DNA of 64,000 bases from Candidatus Nomurabacteria bacterium UBA5155 (GCA_002413705.1 DHXN01000011.1:162-64161); one strand, 5' to 3'; positions 49,185 to 59,883 are shown, counted from the stretch's first letter. Made by a program: numbers and translations. The notes: a model not told the origin generated them from the sequence alone.

Positions 49185-50252
49185 TTATTTACTGATGATC
49201 ACTAGTACCACACCAATAATAGCGGACATAATTGAAACGACCCAATATCGCATCACCACTTTTTCTTTAGACCATCCCATGGCGCGGAAATGATGATGCA
49301 GTGGCGCGATTTTAAACACGCGTCGTTTGCCGCAGTATTTATAACTTGTTACTTGTAAAATGACTGAGGCTGTTGTTGCTGTCAGTGGCAGTGCAATGAT
49401 CGGCAGCAAAAGTACGGTGTTGGTAAGAAACGCAATAACCGTCAGTACCAATGTTAGTCCCAACATACCGGTTTCTCCCATATAAAAACGTGCCGGCGGA
49501 ATATTAAACCAAAGAAATGCCAGTATTGCTCCAGAGATAACACCAGATAGTGCCGCAATATCTATTTGATGTTGCACAGCACCAATGACTGCATAGGCGG
49601 CAAAGACGATTGACAGCACTCCACCAGCCAGTCCATCCAGGCCATCGATCACTGAAGTGGAAAATACTCCTAAAAGTACCAGTATGAAAAAAGGAATGAA
49701 AAATACTTTCAAGTTGAAGAGTGAGTGAACAAATGGAATCGAAATGCCACTCACTCCCAGTTTGAAATAAAACCATGAACCAACAGCAATACCGATAATA
49801 ACGACCATAGCAATTTTCACCCAGCGATTACCCAATACATCACTGGATTTGTTGCCGATACCTCCTTTAACTTGAATTAAATCGTCGGCCAGTCCAATCC
49901 ATGATCCCAGCAACAGTGCTGCCAACGGCACCAATGTTTGATTCTTGCTAAAAAAGTCGAGCTTGGCAGACAGATCAGAAGGAACTATTTTAGAAATAAT
50001 CCAAATCAATGAAATACAAATCAAGACAGAGAGCCAAATGATTACACCTCCGACACGGGGTGTAGCGATTTCGGCAGCACCGTCATGTACACCGGCAAAG
50101 TGTGTGTTGGTGATGTCAGACTCTTGCGCGCGATTGTTTTTCTTCCACAGTTTGTGTTTGTACATGATATTGGTCAATGTCGGCGTAATCAAAATACCGA
50201 TGATGAACACCAATGTTGTGGGCAAGAAAATTTTGATGGCGTCGAGTAACAT
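49185..50252 (-). CDS. mraY: Phospho-MurNAc-pentapeptide transferase
   Basis: TPRVGG, GLADD, DGLDGL, FLWFNIPPARFYMGETG, APLHHHF. Confidence 0.92.
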   Translation of the reverse strand: MLLDAIKIFLPTTLVFIIGILITPTLTNIMYKHKLWKKNNRAQESDITNTHFAGVHDGAAEIATPRVGGVIIWLSVLICISLIWIISKIVPSDLSAKLDFFSKNQTLVPLAALLLGSWIGLADDLIQVKGGIGNKSSDVLGNRWVKIAMVVIIGIAVGSWFYFKLGVSGISIPFVHSLFNLKVFFIPFFILVLLGVFSTSVIDGLDGLAGGVLSIVFAAYAVIGAVQHQIDIAALSGVISGAILAFLWFNIPPARFYMGETGMLGLTLVLTVIAFLTNTVLLLPIIALPLTATTASVILQVTSYKYCGKRRVFKIAPLHHHFRAMGWSKEKVVMRYWVVSIMSAIIGVVLVIISK

Positions 50253-50253
50253 A

Positions 50254-50787
50254 CTATTGTTCGTCTTGTTGAGCCAGTAATGATGCAATCTTTTGTTTTG
50301 TTTCTGTGTATTGCGGTAGTTGCTCCACATCTGCCACGCCGTATGATTCAAGCAACGCCAGTGTTGGGTGATATGCAACAGAGCGACCATTGTATTTGAT
50401 CTCAATCAATCCGCGAATTTGCAATGCGCGAAGCGAATATGAAGCATTGACGCCACGCACCAATTCTATCTCTGCCTTGGTCGCACCTGGCTTGTACACA
50501 ATCACCGCCAATGTTTCAGCGCTGGCTTTGCTCAAATCTTTTTGCAATTCTTCCTTGCGTAATGTTTCCAATAGTTGCGCATGTTCTGGTCGTGTTGCAA
50601 GTGTCACTCTGTCACCTTGTCGCACCAGCATCATTGCATGATCGCTAAGCGATTCAGCCAGCATGCTCAATGCATTTTCAATTTCTTCATTCGAAACATT
50701 GGCGAGCTTTGCCAGCACTGCCACAGAATATTCTTCAGCTGTTGCAAAAAGAATACTTTCAATTGTTTGTGAGAGTGAATTATTCAT
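50254..50787 (-). CDS. scpB: SMC-Scp complex subunit ScpB
   Basis: IESILFA, LSKASAETLAVIVY, IELVRGVN. Confidence 0.88.
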   Translation of the reverse strand: MNNSLSQTIESILFATAEEYSVAVLAKLANVSNEEIENALSMLAESLSDHAMMLVRQGDRVTLATRPEHAQLLETLRKEELQKDLSKASAETLAVIVYKPGATKAEIELVRGVNASYSLRALQIRGLIEIKYNGRSVAYHPTLALLESYGVADVEQLPQYTETKQKIASLLAQQDEQ

Positions 50788-51529
50788 GTATAGTCTCTGT
50801 CGTATTATTTTTTTGAAGCGTGATATCTTCAAACAATTCACTTTGCTCCGCTGCAATCAGTCCGCGACGTACTAGCTCTAGCATACCAAGAAATGACACG
50901 ATAGTGTAGACCTTCTGGCTATGGTCATCTATATCGGGTGATGCCACACGAATTGCGTTAAAGCTGGTCGACATGGCACGTTCGATGCGTTCTTGCAGCG
51001 TGTTCAAGATTTCTGACATTGAAATTGTCTTGAACACACACGCCTCTGGTTTCTTTGCAACTGGCGGCGGCACTCGGCGTTGCATATCAGCGATCAATTC
51101 CGGAAGTTGATCAAGCGTCAGTTTTTCATCGGGCGCAAACACTACACCACTGAGTCGTCGCACGCCCTCAAACGATACTTTCTTATTATATTGTTTTATC
51201 AAATCCAACGAGACATGGCTGATGATTTGATACAATGCCACGCGTCGCTCCAGATCAGTGATTGACTCAGTTTCCTCTGGGCTAAGTTCAAGATTTGGCA
51301 ATAGTGATCGTGCTTTAATCAAGATCAATGTTGCTGCAACGGCTAAAAAGTTTGCTGTCTCCCCCGCCTGCATACCGACACTTTGCATGTACTGAATAAA
51401 ATCATCCGTCACTGCCGCCAATGACACATCATTTACAAACAATTTTCGTTTTTCAATCAGCTCAAGCAGGACCTCTACCGGTCCTTCAAACACTTCTTGT
51501 TTTACTTTGAAAATTGTTTCGGTTTCCAC
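50780..51529 (-). CDS. scpA: SMC-Scp complex subunit ScpA
   Basis: FEGPVEVLLELI, FLAVAATLILIKARSLLP, FLGMLELVR. Confidence 0.9.
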   Translation of the reverse strand: METETIFKVKQEVFEGPVEVLLELIEKRKLFVNDVSLAAVTDDFIQYMQSVGMQAGETANFLAVAATLILIKARSLLPNLELSPEETESITDLERRVALYQIISHVSLDLIKQYNKKVSFEGVRRLSGVVFAPDEKLTLDQLPELIADMQRRVPPPVAKKPEACVFKTISMSEILNTLQERIERAMSTSFNAIRVASPDIDDHSQKVYTIVSFLGMLELVRRGLIAAEQSELFEDITLQKNNTTETIHE

Positions 51530-51540
51530 ACTTATCTATG

Positions 51541-52965
51541 TTATTGCTTAGGTTTCTTTACTACGATATGCAGTTCTTCTACTTGCTTGTCACTAATAGT
51601 TGACGGCGCATTCATCATCGGATCGCGTCCTTCGCCTGTTTTTGGAAATGCCATCACTTCACGAATATTAGCTTCATCCAAAAGCAACATCATCAGACGA
51701 TCAAAACCCCAGGCAATGCCGCCGTGCGGAGGTGTGCCAACTTTGAATGCTTGCAACATGTGACCAAAATCTGACTCGATAGTTTCAATACTATGTCCCA
51801 ACAATTCAAATACTTTTGAAAGCGCTTCAAATGAGTGATTACGAATAGAACCGCCGCCAATTTCAAAACCGTTCAAGCAAATATCGTACTGAGTGGTGAG
51901 AATATCTCCAACATTTTCTTTATTCATCAAAGATTCCATATGTTCCTCAATCGGCCGTGAGAATGGGTTGTGCGTGTATGTCCATTCGCCCTGCGCATCA
52001 GGATTGTCACTCTTGCTCGTTGATTCAAAAAATGGAAAGTCCACTACCCAACAAAATGCCAGTAGGTCTGCATCATTTTTATCTTCACGAATGTCAGGAC
52101 GGTCATTGTCATACTGTTCCATTGCGTCCTTGTATGAAATGCGCGGAAACGGCATTTGCTGAATACGTTTGTGAGGGAAAAGCTGCTGCACGATTGCAAT
52201 CAGCAGCTTTTCATTGAGCTGCATCACTGCTTCACGATCGACAAAACTCATCTCCATATCGAGCTGTGTGAATTCCGGCTGGCGATCGCCGCGACCGTCT
52301 TCATCGCGCATGCATTTTGCAAATTGAAAATAGCGCTCAATGCCGGCAGTCATCAAAAGTTGTTTGTATTGCTGTGGAGATTGCGGGAGCGCATAAAAAT
52401 TTCCCGGATACAACCGTGAAGGAACCACATAGTCGCGCGCGCCTTCAGGTGTGGACTTGGTCAGGATCGGCGTTTCTACTTCGATAAATTTTTCATCATG
52501 CAAATAGTCACGAATAAATTTTTGTACCTGATCGCGCTTGCGCATGTTGCGCTGCATGCGAGCACTGCGAAGATCAAGATAGCGATGCTTCAGGCGAGTT
52601 TCTTCATTGATTTCTTTCGTGTCGGTATTGACTTCAAACGGTAACACTTCTGCTTTGTTCAAAATTGTCAGACCAGTGATTTCAAATTCAATATCACCGT
52701 TTTGCTTGTCGGTTTGCACATTGCGCTCTGGTCGCTTGTTGATAATACCGACAACTTCAACCACTGTTTCTGCGCGAGCGTCTTTTACCGCTTCAGCCAT
52801 TTCAGCCGCACGGTTTGGCAGGATTACTCCCTGGATATAGCCGGTCATGTCGCGAAAATCAAAAAACACCAACTTGCCCTGATCTCGACGAACATCAATC
52901 CACCCTTTGCATAAAATAGTTTCCCCTACATGCGCTCCCGCGTCTTCAATATATGTTCGTTCCAT
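51541..52965 (-). CDS. aspS: Aspartate-tRNA ligase (short form lacking the GAD insertion)
   Basis: STPEGARDY, ALPQSPQQYKQ, RQPEFTQLD, GGGSIR, PPHGGIAWG. Confidence 0.95.
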   Translation of the reverse strand: MERTYIEDAGAHVGETILCKGWIDVRRDQGKLVFFDFRDMTGYIQGVILPNRAAEMAEAVKDARAETVVEVVGIINKRPERNVQTDKQNGDIEFEITGLTILNKAEVLPFEVNTDTKEINEETRLKHRYLDLRSARMQRNMRKRDQVQKFIRDYLHDEKFIEVETPILTKSTPEGARDYVVPSRLYPGNFYALPQSPQQYKQLLMTAGIERYFQFAKCMRDEDGRGDRQPEFTQLDMEMSFVDREAVMQLNEKLLIAIVQQLFPHKRIQQMPFPRISYKDAMEQYDNDRPDIREDKNDADLLAFCWVVDFPFFESTSKSDNPDAQGEWTYTHNPFSRPIEEHMESLMNKENVGDILTTQYDICLNGFEIGGGSIRNHSFEALSKVFELLGHSIETIESDFGHMLQAFKVGTPPHGGIAWGFDRLMMLLLDEANIREVMAFPKTGEGRDPMMNAPSTISDKQVEELHIVVKKPKQ

Positions 52966-52996
52966 AATCCATCCATTCTACCCGAAAAAAGGTAAT

Positions 52997-53027
52997 AAAA
53001 AAAGCCCTGTCACATAGACAGGGCTTT
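52997..53027 (-). terminator. Intrinsic terminator of the ABC gene
   Basis: AAAGCCCTGTC-loop-GACAGGGCTTT with a U tract on the minus strand. Confidence 0.8.
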
Positions 53028-53035
53028 AGAATAAT

Positions 53036-54769
53036 TTAATGAGCAAACTGATGCTGAACTAATTCCGAGTATATACCGTCATGTTGCATTAATGCCTCAT
53101 GAGGACCATCTTCGGTAATCTTTCCATTATTCAAAACAATAATACGGTCACAGTGACGAACTGTGGCTAAACGGTGAGCGATGATGATCACAGTTCTCCC
53201 TTCCAGGTGATTTTGTAAAATGTCCTGGATATGAGTTTCTGTGATAGCATCGAGCGAACTAGTTGCTTCATCTAAGATGATGATTTTTGCCTCAATGAGC
53301 AATGCTCTGGCAATAGCGACACGTTGCCGCTGTCCACCAGAAAGCTTGATTCCCCGTTCACCAACGACTGTGTGATAGCCATTACTGAGAGACATGATTT
53401 CATCATGAATCTTAGCTTTTTTGGCTACAACAATGATTTCGTCAAGTGTTGTATCTTCCTTTCCATACGCAATATTTTCAAATATTGTTCGATGGAGTAG
53501 TGATACATCTTGTGGAACGATGGCAATTTGCCTGCGCAAAGAATCGTGTGCCATATCGGCAATGTCAGTTCCGCCGATTTCGATGATACCGCCAATCGGG
53601 TCTCGCAACTTCATGAGCATGGCAATCAAGGTTGATTTGCCAGCGCCAGTACTTCCCACCACACCAACATGTTGACCATGCTCGATGGTGAGATTCAGAC
53701 TGTCAAAAACATTCTTGCCAATAGAATAACTAAAGGTAAGGTTCTTGATCACGACTGAGCCGTCCATAATGTTTTGCTCTTCATAAATTTCTGCCATATC
53801 AACCTCGGGAATCTTTTCAAAGATCTCCACCATTTCGTAGGCATCGGTATTGTATTTTGTGAATCTCACAAATGTCCTGCCGACTTCCCACATAGTGTTA
53901 GAAATAATTTTCATGTACAGATACACGAGTGCGACATCCGCCACAATCATTTTACCTTTTGTCCACAGGAAGATTGCAATAAACAAGCTTCCCAGTTCAA
54001 GTGATACGGTAAGTACTCCTTGAATGGCATTTTGGAAATTACTCCATAACCATGAGCGCATTTGCGCGCCGGCATACAGTTTACTCTGATCATGGAAGTG
54101 GGCGATTTCCTTCTTGCGCTGTCCGAAGATCAATACCGTAATTGCATTACTGATAATGTCTGCGGTCACTGCTGTTAGTTCTGAACTCAGTTGAGCCTCC
54201 TTGGAATCAACAGGTATTCTGATTTTTGCCATTCTCATGCTAATAAAAACATAAATAACAGCCCATCCTAATAACATTGATCCCAATAGTGGAGATTTTG
54301 AGAACAGTACAAACGCAATGCCGACCACCTGAACGATCGAGAACAAAAATGTGTACGCCATGCTATCAAACATACCTTCAAAACTTTTTACAAAACGATT
54401 CATGCGGGCAATTAGTGCTCCCGAGTGATTGTTGGCAAAAAAGTAATGCGGCTGAGTAATAATGGTTTCGAGTGCTTTCTGTTGCAAAGCCACCATTGAC
54501 CGATTTTCAAAGGTGATCATAAAATAATCACCCAATCGATACAATATTTGCGAAACAACAACAGCACCCAGTAACCACCAGAACTCGCCTAAGATGTTCA
54601 TATCTTTCTTGGCCATTAGTGCCAGAAGTGAGGCTACAAACATTGGAGCCAGCACGTTTTGAATAAAGGTTGCAGAAGCGTAAGAAGTAATAGTTGCAAG
54701 TGCCCATCGTTGATGGGATCTTGTGTGTTTGCGATATATCGCAAACACTTTCCGTAAATTTTTGACCAT
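53036..54769 (-). CDS. ABC exporter (fused TMD-NBD)
   Basis: GSTGAGKST, LSGGQRQR, LDEATSSLD, AHRL. Confidence 0.92.
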   Translation of the reverse strand: MVKNLRKVFAIYRKHTRSHQRWALATITSYASATFIQNVLAPMFVASLLALMAKKDMNILGEFWWLLGAVVVSQILYRLGDYFMITFENRSMVALQQKALETIITQPHYFFANNHSGALIARMNRFVKSFEGMFDSMAYTFLFSIVQVVGIAFVLFSKSPLLGSMLLGWAVIYVFISMRMAKIRIPVDSKEAQLSSELTAVTADIISNAITVLIFGQRKKEIAHFHDQSKLYAGAQMRSWLWSNFQNAIQGVLTVSLELGSLFIAIFLWTKGKMIVADVALVYLYMKIISNTMWEVGRTFVRFTKYNTDAYEMVEIFEKIPEVDMAEIYEEQNIMDGSVVIKNLTFSYSIGKNVFDSLNLTIEHGQHVGVVGSTGAGKSTLIAMLMKLRDPIGGIIEIGGTDIADMAHDSLRRQIAIVPQDVSLLHRTIFENIAYGKEDTTLDEIIVVAKKAKIHDEIMSLSNGYHTVVGERGIKLSGGQRQRVAIARALLIEAKIIILDEATSSLDAITETHIQDILQNHLEGRTVIIIAHRLATVRHCDRIIVLNNGKITEDGPHEALMQHDGIYSELVQHQFAH

Positions 54770-54830
54770 TATTGAGTTGATTAAGTTGTGAAAAACAATT
54801 TTTCTTTATTATAGCACATATTATATAAAA

Positions 54831-55070
54831 ATCAATAACTATTCTTACGAAGTTACTGGCTTAGCACGTCATAGCGAAGATAAGACATATTTAGTTATGT
54901 ATATCCCCCTTTACGACGCTCCGTGGTTACCGCCAGCACAATATTGTGTACGTCCGTTGGAACTGTTTTTTGAAAACGTAGAATACGACGGAAAAATAGT
55001 TCCGCGTTTTGTAAAAATTATTGATGAAGAAATAATTGCAATCCTTATGACATCAAAATCTGATTCTTGA
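54831..55070 (+). pseudogene. 5'-truncated DUF1653 family gene remnant
   Basis: Frame reads INNYSYEVTGLARHSEDKTYLVMYIPLY...VRPLELFFENVEYDGKIVPRF; no start codon upstream before the in-frame TGA at 54789. Confidence 0.6.
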
Positions 55071-56847
55071 TCAGTTCCTTGTAGTCTTCGGAGTTTTTTT
55101 CAAGCTCCTTGTGCGTGCCGTGTGCTACGATCTTTCCTTTTGCAACAACAAAAATAATGTCCGCATCCATAACTGTCGACAGACGATGTGCAATGATGAT
55201 AGTTGTACGTCCATGAGCGCTACGATTGATTGCATCATGAATAAGTTTTTCATTGATCGAGTCAAGCGCACTGGTAGCCTCATCGAAAATGAGAATCTTT
55301 GGATCTTTGATTAATGCACGTGCAATACCGATGCGCTGGCGTTCACCACCAGACACTTTGATACCACCCTCACCTATCACTGTTTCAAGTCCATGATCTT
55401 TAAGCTTCGTAATAAATTCTGTTAGCGACGCGTCCTCTACAGCTTTCTGCAATTTTTCTTCCGGCACGTCTGCATTCTTAGATAAACCAAATAAGATATT
55501 GTCTTTAATGCTGCGATCAAAGAGGTCGATTTTTTGTTCTACATTTCCAATACGAGAACGCAACCAGTGCAGGTTCATGTCTTTTAAGTTAACATCATCG
55601 ATCAATATTTCACCCTCGGTCGGATCATAAAAACGACGCATCAAGTTCACAATAGTACTCTTGCCAGATCCAGACACCCCGACAAAACCAATTTTTGCTG
55701 CTGCCGGAATAACAAAACTTATCTTGGAGACAGTATGTTCTTCTTTTTTATTCTCAGAAACATCGATTTCTTCTTCCTCTTCTTTTGCAGATTTGCGATA
55801 CGGATATGCAAAGCTTACATTTTTAAATTCAATCTTGCCTTGTAGATCATCTAGTACTATTCCATTTTCATTAATATCGATATCAGATACTATGTCGAAC
55901 ATACTGAACATTTTCTTAATCTCAACCACTTGAAACAGCATTTGCCGCTGAGTGCTCATGATTTGTGACAGATTGTTAAATATTGCACCTGTCCATGAAA
56001 AAAGTGTAACAAACATACCTGCCGTATGCTGTCCAATTAAAATAAGATAGACACCCAACGCGAGTGTGGCGTACTGTCCGGTGACAATAAAAAATTTATG
56101 GAAGTAGTACGGCGTTAGATATGTTAACCATCCGGTAGTAGCAAAATCTGTCACCCCTTCTGCGTAAGTATCAAAATCAGTTATTGTTTTCTCTTCTTGC
56201 CCCTCCGCAATAACCAGTGTGGCATTACGATACAGCTCAGACTGAATCTTTGATTGAGACTGATACTTTTTTCTGATTTGTTCGGCTTTTGGAAAAAATC
56301 TTTTATTTCTTCTTAAAGAGACAAAGATATATATTATGACAAAAAATAATGCTGTGCAGGCTACTCTCCAATCAAAAAATACCAGTACTATTAACGTTAC
56401 TAACACCTGTATTCCCGAGGGCAGAATATTGTACAACATGTTGTACATGAGATTTTGCAAAGAACTCTGTCCTTTACTCACGATACTTTGCTGAACTCCT
56501 GAATGTTCGTTAGTGTGTTGGCCAATGGAATAACCTAGAACTTTATTAATAGAGCTAATAGAAAAAGCTTTCTCTACATGGTCATCTAAATGTTTTAACT
56601 CAATGACTTCTTTAAGCCAGTACAATACCGTTGATTGAAAAAGTGATATAAGAAATGAAATGCCAAGAAAAATAAAAGTAAGACGACTATTCATATGAAT
56701 CACCGCATCTACCCCTTTCCCAAACAAATAAGGAGAAAGTGTACCTATCAACTGAATAAGAATAAGCATTCCTACAATAACGGAAAGGTAAAATCGAAAC
56801 GGCTTAAAAAATGCCAGTACTCTTTTGGTAAATATTTTATTATCCAT
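55045..56847 (-). CDS. ABC exporter (fused TMD-NBD)
   Basis: GVSGSGKST, VSGGERQR, FDEATSALD, AHRL. Confidence 0.92.
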   Translation of the reverse strand: MDNKIFTKRVLAFFKPFRFYLSVIVGMLILIQLIGTLSPYLFGKGVDAVIHMNSRLTFIFLGISFLISLFQSTVLYWLKEVIELKHLDDHVEKAFSISSINKVLGYSIGQHTNEHSGVQQSIVSKGQSSLQNLMYNMLYNILPSGIQVLVTLIVLVFFDWRVACTALFFVIIYIFVSLRRNKRFFPKAEQIRKKYQSQSKIQSELYRNATLVIAEGQEEKTITDFDTYAEGVTDFATTGWLTYLTPYYFHKFFIVTGQYATLALGVYLILIGQHTAGMFVTLFSWTGAIFNNLSQIMSTQRQMLFQVVEIKKMFSMFDIVSDIDINENGIVLDDLQGKIEFKNVSFAYPYRKSAKEEEEEIDVSENKKEEHTVSKISFVIPAAAKIGFVGVSGSGKSTIVNLMRRFYDPTEGEILIDDVNLKDMNLHWLRSRIGNVEQKIDLFDRSIKDNILFGLSKNADVPEEKLQKAVEDASLTEFITKLKDHGLETVIGEGGIKVSGGERQRIGIARALIKDPKILIFDEATSALDSINEKLIHDAINRSAHGRTTIIIAHRLSTVMDADIIFVVAKGKIVAHGTHKELEKNSEDYKELIKNQILMS

Positions 56848-56849
56848 AG

Positions 56850-57818
56850 TTAAGAAGTTAGTCCCACCGCCTCGTACACATCAAAGACTTTTTTCATGGC
56901 GATGTCGTTGGCTTTGTATGCGCCTTGAATCAAGATATCCTGCACAAGTTTTGGGTTGTTTGCAAAATGTTCACGACGTTCACGCATGGGAGTGACAAAA
57001 GTAATGATATCCTTGATCAATTGTTTTTTTGCATCGCCGTAGCCAAGCCCTTCAGCATACCAGTTTCGTAGTTCGACAGAATCATTAAAATATTTATGGA
57101 TCTGATACAACACCAACTCATCAGGATTTTTCACTTCATTGCGTTCGCGCGAGTCAGTCACAATGGACATCACTGCTTTGGTGATTTCTTCATCAGTCGC
57201 AAACAGTGGAATGGTATTACCGTAGCTCTTGGACATTTTTTGTCCGTCGGTGCCGGGAATGATACCGGTATCTTCGAGAATTAATTCCTTTGGCAGCTTG
57301 AACTGTTCACCATACTGGTGATTAAATTTTTCCGCAATGTCTCGAGCATATTCGACATGTTGTTTTTGGTCTTTGCCAACTGGTACAACATCTGTGTCAT
57401 AGAGCAAAATATCTGAAGCCATCAATACCGGGTAATCAAATGTGCCAGCATTGAGTTCTTTACCTTTCGCTTCTGCATCTTTGTACGCATGGGCGCGCAT
57501 CAAGTACGGCACAGTCACGAGATTATTAAACACCCAGGTCATACTGGCATGAGCGGGTACGTCGGACTGTTTGAACAGTGTCACTTTTTCTGGGTCGAGT
57601 CCGGCACCAAGATAGTCCAAAATTAGGTTGTTGGTGTCTTCAAGCAACTGATCCTTTGTCGGCAAAGTAGTCAATGCGTGCAAATTGGCGATGAAAATAA
57701 ATGTGTCGTGGGTATCTTGCAGGTCAACGAACTGTTTTAAGGCACCAAAATAGTTACCAATATGAATACGACCAGTTGGCTTCATGCCCGAAAATAAACG
57801 AAGTTTTGGGGATTTCAT
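56850..57818 (-). CDS. trpS: Tryptophan-tRNA ligase
   Basis: HIGN, YPVLMASDIL, VPVGKDQKQH, KMSKS; TGCTATGAT-N6-ATG. Confidence 0.96.
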   Translation of the reverse strand: MKSPKLRLFSGMKPTGRIHIGNYFGALKQFVDLQDTHDTFIFIANLHALTTLPTKDQLLEDTNNLILDYLGAGLDPEKVTLFKQSDVPAHASMTWVFNNLVTVPYLMRAHAYKDAEAKGKELNAGTFDYPVLMASDILLYDTDVVPVGKDQKQHVEYARDIAEKFNHQYGEQFKLPKELILEDTGIIPGTDGQKMSKSYGNTIPLFATDEEITKAVMSIVTDSRERNEVKNPDELVLYQIHKYFNDSVELRNWYAEGLGYGDAKKQLIKDIITFVTPMRERREHFANNPKLVQDILIQGAYKANDIAMKKVFDVYEAVGLTS

Positions 57819-57879
57819 GTGGATATCATAGCAAAAAATAAGGTTTTTCTCAAGAAGTAATAGTGCTACAATGACACCA

Positions 57880-59262
57880 ATGGCAACTCCTATGGCAAAG
57901 CAAACACTTCGCATCCCTCCTCATGATCTTGAGGCTGAGCAGGCAGTACTTGGCGCGCTGATGCTGCGACCGGCGGCGATCCACGATATTGTCGACATGC
58001 TTATCCCGGAAATGTTTTATGCTAAAAAACATGCCATCCTCTACAAAACCGTCACCGAACTGTCTTTGAAGAATGAACCAATCGACGTATTGTCTGTGGC
58101 AGCAAAACTGAAGGAAAAAAAATCGCTCGATGAAATCGGCGGCAATGCCTATCTCAATGAACTGATGGGCAATGTGCCTTCAACCGTCAATATTCGCCAC
58201 TATGCTGAAATCGTCTACAAAAAATACGTGCTCCGATCATTGATCGACGCTTCAGAAAATATCGCGACTATAGCGTACGACCAAAATGAAATGGATGTTG
58301 CCGATATTCTTGATACTGCCGAGAAAAGTATTTTTCGTATTTCATCCGGCATGAACGTGAAGCATGCGTTCGTTTCTATCAAGTCTTCGTTGATTGAAAC
58401 AATGGAACAAACGATTCGCTTGAGTGAAAACAAAGACGAGCTTCGCGGTGTGCCAACAGGCTATGCCGACCTCGATGCGATCACTGCCGGTCTACAAAAC
58501 TCTGACCTGATCATTTTGGCTGCTCGTCCAAGTATGGGTAAGACAACATTTGCGCTTGATATGGCGCGCAACGTTGCGCTGTCCGGAATTCCGGTGGGAA
58601 TTTTTTCATTGGAAATGAGTGCGCAGCAACTGGTGCAACGCATGCTTTCTGCTGAAAGTCGTGTCGATGCTTGGAGTATTCGTACCGGTCACGGCCTGTC
58701 TGCTCAGCACTTCACCGCTCTGCAAGAAGCAGCCAGCCGCCTGCAAAAAGCCCCTATTTATATTGATGATCAAGCCGGCAACTCTATCGTGAAAATGCGT
58801 GCTGTTGCACGACGTTTGAAAAGCGAACACGGTTTGGGACTGATCGTCATCGATTATCTCCAGCTTATGACAACCAGCAAGAACTACGACAACATGGTGA
58901 ATCAAGTGACAGAAATTTCTCGTTCATTGAAACAGCTGGCTCGCGAACTTGATGTGCCGGTACTGGCACTGTCACAGCTTTCTCGTGCAGTGGAAGCTCG
59001 CGGCGGTCGCCCTCGCCTTTCCGACCTGCGTGACTCTGGCTCCATCGAGCAAGACGCAGACTTGGTAATGTTTATTCACCGCGAAGACCGCTACAAAGAA
59101 CAACATGAAAAAGATAATATCACTGAAATTTTGATTGAAAAACACCGTAACGGTGCTGTCGGTATGATACAACTGATGTTCGACGGCAAGACAACTTCAT
59201 TCTTGAACATGGATAAAGCTCACATGCCCGTTGCCAAAGCCGCTTCTCTTGACGACTTTTAA
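57880..59262 (+). CDS. dnaB: Replicative DNA helicase
   Basis: PPHDLEAEQAVLG, AARPSMGKT, IDYLQL, LSQLSR, DLRDSGSIEQDAD; start chosen after TGCTACAAT. Confidence 0.96.
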   Translation: MATPMAKQTLRIPPHDLEAEQAVLGALMLRPAAIHDIVDMLIPEMFYAKKHAILYKTVTELSLKNEPIDVLSVAAKLKEKKSLDEIGGNAYLNELMGNVPSTVNIRHYAEIVYKKYVLRSLIDASENIATIAYDQNEMDVADILDTAEKSIFRISSGMNVKHAFVSIKSSLIETMEQTIRLSENKDELRGVPTGYADLDAITAGLQNSDLIILAARPSMGKTTFALDMARNVALSGIPVGIFSLEMSAQQLVQRMLSAESRVDAWSIRTGHGLSAQHFTALQEAASRLQKAPIYIDDQAGNSIVKMRAVARRLKSEHGLGLIVIDYLQLMTTSKNYDNMVNQVTEISRSLKQLARELDVPVLALSQLSRAVEARGGRPRLSDLRDSGSIEQDADLVMFIHREDRYKEQHEKDNITEILIEKHRNGAVGMIQLMFDGKTTSFLNMDKAHMPVAKAASLDDF

Positions 59263-59265
59263 TAT

Positions 59266-59883
59266 ATGAACGATTCTGTTGACCGTCTGACAAAACTTTT
59301 TTTGAAATTTCCCGGTATTGGCGAACGACAAGCTCGCCGTTTTGCTTATTTTATTTTAACACAACAAGAAAGTTATGTGGACAATCTTGCACGCGCACTT
59401 GTTGCTGCTCGTGCTCATGCTTACATCTGCCCTCGCTGTCTGAGAATTTTTGAAGGTCTCTCTGAAACTTCTGCCGGCATATGCGGTATTTGCAGTGACG
59501 ATCGCCGCGATCAGGACAGTGTCTTGGTCTTGGAAAAAAGTCAGGATATCGAAAGTTTTTCTCGCACTGAATACAACGGTATTTTCTTTGTGTTGGGTGG
59601 ACTTATTCCTATCGTGCAAAAAGATATCATTCAGGGCACCAATGCTCAAAAGTTGATTGACCGTGTCAATAAAGAAAGTGTTGACGGCACGTTGCAAGAA
59701 ATTATTTTAGCATTTCCTATCACACCAAACGGCGAACATACTGACAGTGCGCTGCGCGAACTACTCGCTCCTGTTCAGCACGGTATCACTATCACCAGTT
59801 TGGGTCGCGGACTGTCCACTGGCGCTGAGCTGGAGTATGCCGATCCTGCATCACTGGATGCTTCACTTAAAAAGCGAGAATAA
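59266..59883 (+). CDS. recR: Recombination mediator RecR
   Basis: FPGIGERQARR, CxxC..CxxC, Toprim, GAELEYAD. Confidence 0.92.
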   Translation: MNDSVDRLTKLFLKFPGIGERQARRFAYFILTQQESYVDNLARALVAARAHAYICPRCLRIFEGLSETSAGICGICSDDRRDQDSVLVLEKSQDIESFSRTEYNGIFFVLGGLIPIVQKDIIQGTNAQKLIDRVNKESVDGTLQEIILAFPITPNGEHTDSALRELLAPVQHGITITSLGRGLSTGAELEYADPASLDASLKKRE

